Positions 16,073-24,000 of a DNA stretch of 24,000 nt are shown here, piece by piece (position 1 is the first letter of the stretch; each line of letters begins with the position of its first letter). Made by a program: the position numbers and the translations under genes. The notes under the pieces are model-generated. The model did not search any database. It worked only from the letters and a program-made list of their open reading frames with translations, and was not told the origin of the DNA. The stretch lies in NCBI GenBank assembly GCA_041739275.1, contig JBGSOF010000022.1, forward strand, positions 27,313 to 51,312, given 5' to 3'. This DNA comes from Schleiferiaceae bacterium. Lineage in GTDB: Bacteria; Bacteroidota; Bacteroidia; Flavobacteriales; Schleiferiaceae.

Positions 16073-17098
16073 CTACCCCACCGCTTTGCGATACGCCTTA
16101 AAATCTGCCCAAACTATTGATGCAGGGCGTTTTGGGGCGAGGCCGTTGTGGCGGGCGATGCGCGCGAGGAGCGACCAGTAGTTGAGGAGCGTTTTTTGCG
16201 CCTCCCAGAACGAAAAACCCGGACTGTAGATGTGTGTCGGCTCGCTCGCCGCACCGTTGAGTTCGATGATACAAAAATCGCGGCCTTCGAGCAAAGCCTC
16301 CCATGAAGCCGCCTTCAGGTCGAAACGCCCAAAATGGAACCCCTGGATAGACGCACTCAACGACTGCATTCGCTCCACCAAACGAGCGTCGATACGTTCT
16401 CGCGCATCGAGAAAAATCGTGCCTCGATTGTGATTTCCAATCGGCTGACAGCGAACAACTTCTCCATGGGCCGGAAGTAGATTCAAAATCAGATCGTCCA
16501 CGCGATCCAAATAGCGACAAAAACGCGGATGCGCCTCCAAGAGCACGCGAACCGTGCGCACACCATCGCCTACCACCTCCATAAACTGCTTGTCGCATAC
16601 CGAAACCACGCGGAAACGATCCTCGCCCGGATAGCGAACGACGAAGACTCCATACTCGAAGGGAAAATCACAGTACTTCTGCAGGATGTGCGGACGCTCG
16701 ATCGCCCCCAATGCCGCCACCGCCTCGGCCTCGTCGCGCAAAAGGCGCACACCAATGCCCCGTTCGCCCACCTCAGGCTTCAAAACCAGAGGAAAAGACC
16801 TGCCCAAACGCTCCAATACCCCTCCCGCCTCCACAGGCTTCAAAGCGCGTTCAACCACCTCGTATTCGGGAACAAATTCGGTTGGAAGCAAGCGCAGCAC
16901 ATCGCTCTTTCGATATCCAAACAACCCTCCGTATTCGATGGCCGGATTGACGGCCGAAAGCCAATCTAAACGACCGAAGCGAATCACATAAAAAACATAC
17001 CGAAAAAACACCAAGGGATATACCCAGGTATAGGGCCAAAACTCCCAAGCCCCGAAAAGCAGCGACATCCGGGCAAACAACCTCACCCCAGCGCGCAC
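16073..17098 (-). CDS. ATP-grasp fold amidoligase-like protein with a hydrophobic N-terminal anchor
   Basis: The ATP-grasp hallmarks are PLVLKPEVGERGIGVRLL (Lys plus Gly-rich loop), ILQKYCDFPFEYGVFVV, GRFDLKA and CIIELNGAASEPTH (the ExN metal site). The N-terminal roughly 40 aa are aromatic and hydrophobic (WEFWPYTWVYPLVFFRYVFYVI). The GTG at 17098 overlaps the NRDE gene by 16 nt. The alternative ATG at 17068 lies 14 nt after the NRDE stop. Confidence 0.72.
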   Translation of the reverse strand: MRAGVRLFARMSLLFGAWEFWPYTWVYPLVFFRYVFYVIRFGRLDWLSAVNPAIEYGGLFGYRKSDVLRLLPTEFVPEYEVVERALKPVEAGGVLERLGRSFPLVLKPEVGERGIGVRLLRDEAEAVAALGAIERPHILQKYCDFPFEYGVFVVRYPGEDRFRVVSVCDKQFMEVVGDGVRTVRVLLEAHPRFCRYLDRVDDLILNLLPAHGEVVRCQPIGNHNRGTIFLDARERIDARLVERMQSLSASIQGFHFGRFDLKAASWEALLEGRDFCIIELNGAASEPTHIYSPGFSFWEAQKTLLNYWSLLARIARHNGLAPKRPASIVWADFKAYRKAVG

Positions 17099-17778
17099 TC
17101 GAGTTCAGAATCGACCGTGAGATCTCGATATCGATACTGCAAACGGCCCGATTCAAAAGCAAACTGACTCACCGCGATCGTCTTCAAAAAGGAACGGTCG
17201 ACCAACATGTCAATCTCAGGCCGATCGGAATGCGTTCGGGAGTGAAAATCCCACTGGCCCGCGCAACTGGGCTCACCCTCTGTCTCTAGCCATTCTGCCA
17301 ACCAAAGCTTGCGCAATTGCTGAGCTTCGAGATCGTATAGGGTCCAGGATGCGCGAATAAAAGGAGGTTCGGGATGATCTACGACCCAACCGGAGCCGTC
17401 CCACACAAATTCAGTGATGGCCTCTCGATCGAAACATATCGAAGTAAATGGCTCAATGCCCGTAGGGTCGAAAGTTTCGGCCCAAGCCTCGACCGAAACA
17501 GCCTGAGCAATTTCAATCGGAATCCTGCCCCTGCTCATGCGATAAGGAGGCTCGTGCCTGTGATGCTTGCGCCCCCCATTGAGCAAATAAACAAAGCGAC
17601 CGCTGCGGTTTGCCGCCATCCAACTTCCCCCGCCTAAGCGATCGAGCGCAAAAAAAACATCTCCTCCGGATTCAGAGTGCCAGCGGGGAAATTCGGCGGC
17701 TCCACGACTCAAAGCCTCGTCTCGGTTGTGTGCCACGGCGAGTCCTGTAGGAGTTCGAACGCAACTGAGCGTACACAA
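17083..17778 (-). CDS. NRDE family protein (TANGO2/DUF833-like, predicted Ntn-type hydrolase fold)
   Basis: The protein begins M-C-T (MCTLSCV) and contains the eponymous AHNRDE motif at aa 16-21. The only in-frame start directly before the conserved Cys2 is the TTG at 17778. Confidence 0.82.
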   Translation of the reverse strand: MCTLSCVRTPTGLAVAHNRDEALSRGAAEFPRWHSESGGDVFFALDRLGGGSWMAANRSGRFVYLLNGGRKHHRHEPPYRMSRGRIPIEIAQAVSVEAWAETFDPTGIEPFTSICFDREAITEFVWDGSGWVVDHPEPPFIRASWTLYDLEAQQLRKLWLAEWLETEGEPSCAGQWDFHSRTHSDRPEIDMLVDRSFLKTIAVSQFAFESGRLQYRYRDLTVDSELECALG

Positions 17779-17785
17779 AGGGCAA

Positions 17786-18301
17786 TCAGGCGCTCAGCGT
17801 TCGGTGGCGACGCGTGCTGTCGGCCAATCCAAACTGTTCAGAAATCGAAAACTCCGGCCGGAGGGCGCAAATGCCAATTCGCATCAAGGCCATATGGTGC
17901 ACCAAATGCTCTAAGTTGTAGGCCAATTCGCGCTCTACGCTGGTCGCGATGCGAATCGGCTCTTCAGACTCGGTTTCGATCATCAGTTCAATCGGTCGAT
18001 CGTCGACCCCGGAGCGCAACATCAAAACCAGACCTCTGCTGATTTCCAAGGCATAAGCGAGTTCGCTTTCGATGCGCAAATCGCGGCTGCGGCGGTCGTA
18101 GCAAATCGAAAATTCTGAGCCTTGAGTGCTCTCGGGGCGAAGCAAGCATCCGAAAAACTCGAGTACGTGCCGGTAGTGCATCCCGACCGAAGAGCCGGCG
18201 AGCACCTCTGAAGGGCGGCGGTAATCGACTTCTCCGAGCCGCTCCAAAACATCGATACAATCTTCAATTAAGCCCGCACAGCGACCGGCAATCCAACTCA
18301 T
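17786..18301 (-). CDS. DinB-superfamily (DinB_2-like) four-helix-bundle protein
   Basis: The His-rich motifs MHYRHVLEF and NLEHLVHHMALMR are spaced as in DinB-fold metal-binding triads. The ATG at 18301 overlaps the DoxX stop (ATGA). The track's longer N-terminus (18367) would overlap DoxX by 70 nt. Confidence 0.65.
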   Translation of the reverse strand: MSWIAGRCAGLIEDCIDVLERLGEVDYRRPSEVLAGSSVGMHYRHVLEFFGCLLRPESTQGSEFSICYDRRSRDLRIESELAYALEISRGLVLMLRSGVDDRPIELMIETESEEPIRIATSVERELAYNLEHLVHHMALMRIGICALRPEFSISEQFGLADSTRRHRTLSA

Positions 18302-18735
18302 AGTTTGCTCCCGATTATAGGAATTGTTCGGCGGTGAAAGTAAACATTTACCGCTGAAAGAACCCAAATCAGCACAGCCATTCCGAAGAGTTGCCCTCCG
18401 TCGGTACCACCCTCAGGCAGCGCAATGGCCACGCCCAGCGGGGTGAACAGGTGAAAACCAATGGCTCCGGTCATCAAACCGACCGCGCCCAAGGCACCGA
18501 TGCCCGCCGTGGCCGGAATCAAAAAGAGTATCCCCACAATGAGTTCCTGAACCCCAATACCGATTCGCCCCCAGGGCTCCATCCCAATGGTCGTAAACAG
18601 CTGTACGCTTACAGGAGCCGCGCTGAACTTGAAGAACAAACTCTGCATCAAGAGTATGGCGGGGAGCAAACGAAGAGACCAATCGAGCCAAGTGGGCAAA
18701 GCGGGTTGACTGCGGAGCGAAAACAAGTGATTCAC
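18298..18735 (-). CDS. DoxX-like family integral membrane protein
   Basis: 145 aa with four predicted hydrophobic helices and the pattern FKFSAAP...F..IGMEPWGRIGIGVQELIVGILFLIP...GAIGFHLF typical of DoxX/DoxX_2. GTG start. Confidence 0.7.
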   Translation of the reverse strand: MNHLFSLRSQPALPTWLDWSLRLLPAILLMQSLFFKFSAAPVSVQLFTTIGMEPWGRIGIGVQELIVGILFLIPATAGIGALGAVGLMTGAIGFHLFTPLGVAIALPEGGTDGGQLFGMAVLIWVLSAVNVYFHRRTIPIIGSKL

Positions 18736-18810
18736 AATTCAAGGAATTTTGGTTATTGAACGCAGCAAAACTCCATCACCAAACGAGATCGCGATGTCGG
18801 GCATCAGACA

Positions 18811-20082
18811 TCAAACCTCTTTTCTTTTAAACGGTCGAATGATGAGTCGGATTCCCTTGTCGTAGCGCAAATAACTCACGGTCCAATTGGTCAAGGCAAC
18901 CAGTCTATTTTTGAATCCAACCAGGGTAACCAAATGGACAAACATCCACAGATACCAAGCGATCAAGCCTTTTGAATGAAACCTGCCGATATCGACCACG
19001 GCTCTATTTCGGCCGATGGTCGCCATGCTTCCCTTGTCTTGATAGCTAAAGGCCTTCCAGCTTTTTTCGTCTTCGCCTCGATTTAAGTTGCGCGAGAGGT
19101 TTTTGGCCTGTTGGATGGCTGCCTGAGCTACTTGCGGATGGCCAAAATCTCCGGGTTTTTCGTGCATCAGCGCAATGTCGCCCAGTGCAAATATGCCTCG
19201 ACAGCCCGCGATTCGATGGTGTCGGTCTACGGCGTATCGCCCGCGCTCGTATGCCTGATCGGGCAAGCCCGGAACCATGGCACCGCGAACCCCCGCCGCC
19301 CAAACAACCGTGCCCGCCTGGATCACGGCTTTGTCGGTTCGAACCTCCCGGCCGTCGTAACCTAGAACGTGATGGTCGAGCCATACCTCTACGTCCATAG
19401 ACTTGAGGAACTTGAGCGCCTCCGCACTCGACTTGGCACTCATACCGGGCAGCAATCGATCGGCCCCTTGAACCAAGTGAACGGTCATTCTGCGAATGTC
19501 GAGATCGGGGTAATCGTTGGGCAAGACGTGTTTTTTGAGCTCGCTCAATGCTCCTGAAAGCTCAACGCCCGTAGGGCCCCCGCCTACAATCACGTAATTC
19601 ATCAAACGTTCGCGCTCCGCCAAATCGGCTGTGAGCAGTGAGGCCTCAAAATTTTGGAGGATCAAACTCCGCAGATCAAGTGCTTCGGGAACGCTCTTCA
19701 TCGGCATCGAAAGCGCTTCGATTTGGGCATTTCCGTAATAATTAGTCGCTGAACCCATAGCGAGCACCAAATAATCGTAGTCAAGCGGCCCGATGGAGGT
19801 TTCGATCTTGTTTTGATCGGGTTGAATGGACAAAAGCGCCCCAACTCTGAAATAAAAATTCTCTTTACCGATAAACGCCTTGCGAATGGGATACGCAATG
19901 GAATCGGGCTCCAAACCGGCTGTAGCAACCTGATAGAGAAGCGGTTGGAAGGTGTGATAATTGTATTTGTCGAGCAGGACCACCTGATACTTTGCAGAGT
20001 CGAGGGTGCGCGCGAGTTTGAGCCCCGCGAATCCACCTCCGACAATGACAATTCGCTTTTGACTGAGTTTGGGGATATTCAC
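18811..20082 (-). CDS. ndh: Type II NADH:quinone oxidoreductase (NDH-2), FAD-dependent
   Basis: The family features are KRIVIVGGGFAGLKLARTL, the signature YHTFQPLLYQVATAGLEP, a second dinucleotide fold VIVGGGPTGVELSGAL, and GDIA near the C-terminus. The GTG start overlaps the upstream DinB stop (GTGA). Confidence 0.92.
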   Translation of the reverse strand: MNIPKLSQKRIVIVGGGFAGLKLARTLDSAKYQVVLLDKYNYHTFQPLLYQVATAGLEPDSIAYPIRKAFIGKENFYFRVGALLSIQPDQNKIETSIGPLDYDYLVLAMGSATNYYGNAQIEALSMPMKSVPEALDLRSLILQNFEASLLTADLAERERLMNYVIVGGGPTGVELSGALSELKKHVLPNDYPDLDIRRMTVHLVQGADRLLPGMSAKSSAEALKFLKSMDVEVWLDHHVLGYDGREVRTDKAVIQAGTVVWAAGVRGAMVPGLPDQAYERGRYAVDRHHRIAGCRGIFALGDIALMHEKPGDFGHPQVAQAAIQQAKNLSRNLNRGEDEKSWKAFSYQDKGSMATIGRNRAVVDIGRFHSKGLIAWYLWMFVHLVTLVGFKNRLVALTNWTVSYLRYDKGIRLIIRPFKRKEV

Positions 20083-20627
20083 CTTTTTGGAAAATCAGGA
20101 TGGTTTAAATAGAGCGATTCTGCCGTTTTGCGATGATGTCTCGAATGCCCTGCCACAATCCAGACCAACGCGCGCGCAGTGGTTGAATGTCCGTTGACCC
20201 GCACGCTTTTGTGCCCGGTTTCTGCGCGAGCCTTTTTTGCAAGCGATTCAAAAACCAGACGAACTGCAGCCCAATCAGAAATCGACTCGTTCAGGCTTTC
20301 GGCAAGGGTCGAAGCACTTATTTGATAATCATTTTGATCGAAGCCGGGCAGGTTTTGCTGTTCGCCGCGCAGGGCGCACAAAAGACGATAGGTAAAAATC
20401 AACTCGGTGTCCGCCAAATGACGGGTCATTTCGATCAAATTCCACTTTCCAGGGCTCGGTCGAAAAGATGCCTCGTCGGCCGATAACGAACCCAAGCGCC
20501 CTTTCCAAAAGCCCAGGTCGTCTGAGAGGGAAACGAGCGGATCTGCCTCGTCGGCCAAAGCATGGATGTACGACTCAAAAAAAGTGGGAAACTCGCCCGT
20601 GAGCGGCTTTTCAATGGGTTCCATCAT
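20079..20627 (-). CDS. DinB family protein (YfiT/thiol-transferase-like fold)
   Basis: 182 aa. The segments GKWNLIEMTRHLADTELIFTYR and WIVAGHSRHHRKT provide the conserved His residues of the DinB fold. Confidence 0.78.
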   Translation of the reverse strand: MMEPIEKPLTGEFPTFFESYIHALADEADPLVSLSDDLGFWKGRLGSLSADEASFRPSPGKWNLIEMTRHLADTELIFTYRLLCALRGEQQNLPGFDQNDYQISASTLAESLNESISDWAAVRLVFESLAKKARAETGHKSVRVNGHSTTARALVWIVAGHSRHHRKTAESLYLNHPDFPKR

Positions 20628-20706
20628 GACTTTGATCGAGAGGCTCGGGCCTTGAGTTCATTAAATGGATAAAAAAAACGCGTGTAACAGAAAAATCAAC
20701 TTCAGC

Positions 20707-21240
20707 TCAACCCCTCGGATTTTCAAAGAAACCATCGAGCAAGCGCCAACCCGAAGGGGTGTAGATGGCGAGGTAACCCAATCTAAGGGTCTGGCGTTCT
20801 TCGGGATGCACAAGCGAGAGCGTGCACAACATTCGATAAATGCTTCGGTCTTCGGGATCGGGAGCCCCGGTCGCAGAGAGCACTTCGAGGATGTAGCCTT
20901 CTCTTCGATAGTCGTCCAAGAAATCGGCAATGTCTCTGCAACTCTGTTCGTACTCTTTTCGAAACTTCGGATAATCCTTGCCCGCAGACTTTTTGAGCTC
21001 ATCGGCCTTGGCCGCTCGTTTTTCTTCAGACAAACCGGCCAAAGAAGCGGTGTACGACTGGTCGACGAAGGATAGATACTCTTGAAGCGAAGGGTACAAA
21101 GCCTTGAGCCTGAGCGGCTCACTTGCAAGCAATCGGGCACTCTCTCCGGCAAAATCGAGCATGCCCACGGTGTCGGACTGAGCGTGCAGATTCGCCGCAA
21201 CAAACCCAGTCAAGACTATAGCGATCAGCGATTTGCGCAT
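20707..21240 (-). CDS. Hypothetical secreted protein
   Basis: 177 aa with a clear signal peptide, MRKSLIAIVLTGFVAANLHAQ. I recognise no family. It is chosen over the overlapping 20661..21203 frame. Confidence 0.65.
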   Translation of the reverse strand: MRKSLIAIVLTGFVAANLHAQSDTVGMLDFAGESARLLASEPLRLKALYPSLQEYLSFVDQSYTASLAGLSEEKRAAKADELKKSAGKDYPKFRKEYEQSCRDIADFLDDYRREGYILEVLSATGAPDPEDRSIYRMLCTLSLVHPEERQTLRLGYLAIYTPSGWRLLDGFFENPRG

Positions 21241-21376
21241 TGGATTCTGCTTTTGTCAAGCCTCGTAAAAATACGCGTTGAAAGCCCCCTAGCACGAAGA
21301 AAAACAAAGAGCCGTCGAGCCCTGAATACGTGTTTGAACCCTATGGCCGATTTTACCCCAAAGAATGGTGTGTGAA

Positions 21377-22507
21377 CTAGCTCAGCCGAACGTTCTCGAC
21401 AATCTCAAGCCCGTATCCCACCAGCCCTACCCGTTTGGTCGGGCGGTTGGTCAACAACTTGATTTTGCGAATTCCCAAATCGCGGACGATTTGCGCACCA
21501 ATACCGTAGTCTCGAGCATCGGAGCCAAAGCTCTTCGGAACATCGGGTTCAGAGGCCGCGCCCATAGCCGCAAAACGCTCGATAAAACGCCTCCTTCCTT
21601 GAGGTGGAAATTCGGGCAATTGATTCAAATAGACCACAGCCCCCCGACCCTCGGCCGAAATGGCGGACAAGGCATTTTGGAGCCCCGCGCTTGGATTTTG
21701 ATGAAGCAGACTCGGCAAATCAACCCAAGCCGGCGCGCTGACCATTCGGGTGAGCACAGCATCGGATTCGCTCCATTCGCCGGTGGTCATGGCGATGTGC
21801 AACTGGTTGTTGGTCGTCTGCTCGTAGAGCCGTGTGCGGAAAACACAGCCTTGATATTGGAGCGCGCTCTCTTCGAGCAGCTGAATCAGAGACTCGTTCT
21901 GCATTCGATAGGCGACTAAATCCTCGATTGAAATCAGCTTGAGGCCGTGCGCTTCTGCGATCTTCACAAGCTCGGGCAAGCGCGCCATGCTGCCGTCTTC
22001 GTTCATGATTTCGACGATTACCCCCGCAGGTTTTAGACCGGCGAGCCGAGCCAAATCAATGGCCGCTTCGGTGTGTCCCGTTCGCCTAAGCACCCCTCCC
22101 GGGCGGGCTCGCAGCGGAAAAATGTGCCCGGGACGAGCCAAGTCGCGCGCTCGGGTATCAGGCTCGACCAATGCCCGAATGGTCTTGGCGCGATCGGAAG
22201 CGCTGATGCCGGTGGTGACCCCGTTGCCGATCAAATCGACGGAAACGGTGAAGGCTGTTTGATGCAACTCGGTATTGTTGACCACCATGGGGTTTAAATC
22301 GAGCTCGTCGCAACGGCTATCGGGCAAGGGAACGCAGATGAGCCCCCGCCCCACTTTCGCCATAAAATTGACTTGTTCGGGGGTGATCAACTCTGCGGCT
22401 GCGACTAAATCGCCCTCGTTTTCGCGGTCTTCGTCGTCGACAACCACCACCATTTTGCCGAGGCGGATGTCTTCGATAGCTTCTTCAATCGTGTGGAGTC
22501 GAATCAT
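21377..22507 (-). CDS. ribBA: 3,4-dihydroxy-2-butanone-4-phosphate synthase fused to a degenerate GTP cyclohydrolase II-like domain (RibBA-type)
   Basis: The N-terminal half has [29 protein letters not shown], the canonical RibB motif. The C-terminal half aligns to RibA ([41 protein letters not shown]). The Zn-ligand Cys region HSECLTGD...CDCG is replaced by VSAPAWVD...HQNPSAG. Confidence 0.9.
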   Translation of the reverse strand: MIRLHTIEEAIEDIRLGKMVVVVDDEDRENEGDLVAAAELITPEQVNFMAKVGRGLICVPLPDSRCDELDLNPMVVNNTELHQTAFTVSVDLIGNGVTTGISASDRAKTIRALVEPDTRARDLARPGHIFPLRARPGGVLRRTGHTEAAIDLARLAGLKPAGVIVEIMNEDGSMARLPELVKIAEAHGLKLISIEDLVAYRMQNESLIQLLEESALQYQGCVFRTRLYEQTTNNQLHIAMTTGEWSESDAVLTRMVSAPAWVDLPSLLHQNPSAGLQNALSAISAEGRGAVVYLNQLPEFPPQGRRRFIERFAAMGAASEPDVPKSFGSDARDYGIGAQIVRDLGIRKIKLLTNRPTKRVGLVGYGLEIVENVRLS

Positions 22508-23663
22508 TTCGTTGGGTAGGTTCCCAGAGGTGAGAACGGCGTTCGGTTGGCAAAAGTAATCCCTCGATCAGCGCGGCATTCATGCGTACAAAATGCCCTA
22601 TCGATCCAAAGACGGGGCTTCGCCTCAAAGGGCCGAGGCTTAGTATAGTAACGCTAAAAAAAGCAACAAAAAGAACGGTGGCCGGTTCGCTTCCCTCCCA
22701 TGCAGCTAGAAACAATCCGATTCCGAGCCAAATCGCCCAAACTCCGGCAAACCACCGCAAAAACTTGTGGCTCAAGAGGGCATAACCCAGCGGAAATGGA
22801 CTTTTCCAAATCAGCGAAAAGAACCGAAGCAAATTTTGACGATTGCCATGGCCGATGCGCTTTTTGCGCCGATATTCTTCTCGGGCATCGGCGGTATCTG
22901 ATTCCCAAGCCACAGCCGCGGGCTCAAAAAGCACCCGTCCTCCCCTTTTGAGCACCGCCAAATTTTGAAAGAAGTCGTCTACGGTTGTGCCGGGAGGAAT
23001 GGGCTGAAAACATGATCGCTTGAGCAGCATCGCTCCTCCTTCGAGCCCAATAACCAGCCCCCATCGGTCGCTCTCGCAGCTGCGAAGCCGGTTTTCGAAT
23101 TCGAGGTAGCGCGCCTCGTCGACCGCGTGCCCGGAAAAATCGGATGCTGAAACATGGTCGCGCAAGGCCCCACCGACCATATCGGCCTCGCGAGCCAGAG
23201 CACATTCGACCAGCCGAAGCAGCGCCCGGGGCTCGAAGCGCACATTGGCATCGGTGAACAGCAAAAATTCAGCTTGACTCTTTTCGACCAGTCGGTTGAG
23301 CATGTTGGCTTTCCCGAGGCGTTCTTCAGAGATTTCCAGTCGAATGCGCCCCGATTGATCTGCGTATTTGCGGGCAATTGATGTGGTGGCATCGGTCGAG
23401 GCATCTGAACCCAGAGCGATGCGCAGTTTTTCGGCCGGATACTCAGAACTGAGCAGAGACTGAAGGGTATGTTCCAGCACAAGCTCCTCGTTTCGAGCCG
23501 ATAAGACTACTTCCACCTCGGGCAAAAGATTTGAATCGAAGGGATCTAACTGAGGCCTTTGACGAGGCTTTGAAAAAACTCCGAGGCTGAGCGGATAGAT
23601 CAAATAAGGGTGCAAGACCAAGAGCGCGGGGAGGGCAATGCCGAAAATGAATATCCAGATCAC
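22485..23663 (-). CDS. Glycosyltransferase family 2, membrane-associated
   Basis: The protein has an N-terminal TM helix, then VEVVLSARNEE...GSDASTD...GKANMLN...LLFTDAN (the GT2 DxD-type core), followed by C-terminal TM helices. The GTG start overlaps the upstream GT1 stop (GTGA). The 3' end overlaps ribBA by 23 nt. Confidence 0.85.
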   Translation of the reverse strand: MIWIFIFGIALPALLVLHPYLIYPLSLGVFSKPRQRPQLDPFDSNLLPEVEVVLSARNEELVLEHTLQSLLSSEYPAEKLRIALGSDASTDATTSIARKYADQSGRIRLEISEERLGKANMLNRLVEKSQAEFLLFTDANVRFEPRALLRLVECALAREADMVGGALRDHVSASDFSGHAVDEARYLEFENRLRSCESDRWGLVIGLEGGAMLLKRSCFQPIPPGTTVDDFFQNLAVLKRGGRVLFEPAAVAWESDTADAREEYRRKKRIGHGNRQNLLRFFSLIWKSPFPLGYALLSHKFLRWFAGVWAIWLGIGLFLAAWEGSEPATVLFVAFFSVTILSLGPLRRSPVFGSIGHFVRMNAALIEGLLLPTERRSHLWEPTQRNDSTPHD

Positions 23664-24000
23664 CGCCGAGAGTTTAAGGATGTAGACCGACCTGCGCTCA
23701 ATTCATCATAAAAATCAAAGAGATTGCGTCCGATGAGGTCTCGATCAAAATGTTCTCGCACGAATTCTTTGGCTGCTTCGCCCATGCGCTCCATGTTACT
23801 CTGAGGTTCTTCAAAGAAATCGCTCAGGGTGCGGATCCAATCTTCGGGGGTTTCGGCAAGGCGCAAAAAGAGCAGATTTTGCTCGCTAATTCCCTCTGCT
23901 CCAACGCGAGTGGAGACCACCGGACATCCGTGCGACAGGGCTTCGACAATTTTAATGCGAATTCCGCTGCCGCTCGAATAGGGCGCGATGAGTAGAGAGG
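23660..24000 (-). CDS. Glycosyltransferase, GT1/GT4 fold, C-terminal part only (the 5' end lies beyond the window)
   Basis: The frame is open to the window edge. Hand translation upstream of the track start gives ...SLLIAPYSSGSGIRIKIVEALSHGCPVVSTRVGAEGI..., the typical GT-B C-terminal nucleotide-sugar binding region. Confidence 0.8.
   Translation of the reverse strand, partial: SLLIAPYSSGSGIRIKIVEALSHGCPVVSTRVGAEGISEQNLLFLRLAETPEDWIRTLSDFFEEPQSNMERMGEAAKEFVREHFDRDLIGRNLFDFYDELSAGRSTSLNSRR

Noticed and set aside
18736-18810. Inverted repeat GATGTC-N8-GACATC right after the ndh stop as a terminator
   Set aside because: The stem is only 6 bp and no U tract follows it on the minus strand. This is too weak to call.
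20661-21203. 180-aa minus-strand ORF in an alternate frame to 20707..21240
   Set aside because: The 177-aa frame has a canonical signal peptide and balanced composition. The 180-aa frame is Ser/Arg/Cys-rich.
21241-21376. tRNA or small RNA in the 136-bp spacer between ribBA and the secreted hypothetical gene
   Set aside because: I could not fold a cloverleaf or a convincing stem-loop by eye. No terminator-like hairpin was found either.
22485-22560. FMN riboswitch upstream of ribBA
   Set aside because: The ribBA start lies inside the 3' end of the GT2 gene, so there is no non-coding leader to hold an RFN element.

Overview
All calls below come from reading motifs by eye. No database or HMM search was run.

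The window looks like a chromosomal segment from a Bacteroidota genome. The evidence is a T9SS type-B C-terminal sorting domain, TAnnTTTG -7 boxes, and frequent 4-nt stop/start overlaps with non-ATG starts.

Gene content from left to right:
- a decayed Fic gene
- a GT4 glycosyltransferase coupled to a small membrane ORF
- a LamG/T9SS surface protein
- carB
- rpmH (52 aa, missing from the ORF track)
- an SDR followed by acpH
- a tight minus-strand operon of DegT-type aminotransferase, Fe-ADH and geranylgeranyl-reductase-like flavoprotein, divergent from a 2OG-Fe(II) oxygenase plus an ABCB-type exporter
- an AT-rich REP/RAYT-like island
- a six-gene co-directional string with a redox theme: DinB, NDH-2, DoxX, DinB-like, NRDE, membrane ATP-grasp
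- a secreted hypothetical protein
- a ribBA-like gene with a degenerate cyclohydrolase domain
- a GT2 and a partial GT1 glycosyltransferase

The most unusual structure is at 15086-16027. A 15-unit 13/14-bp tandem array of half-hairpin units ends in a perfect 8-bp-stem hairpin just upstream of an HUH (RAYT/IS200-like) transposase gene. That gene carries three in-frame copies of a covarying hairpin with the same architecture.

Secondary candidates are the NRDE/ATP-grasp pair inside the redox string and the aminotransferase/ADH/flavoprotein operon. I cannot assign a pathway to either.
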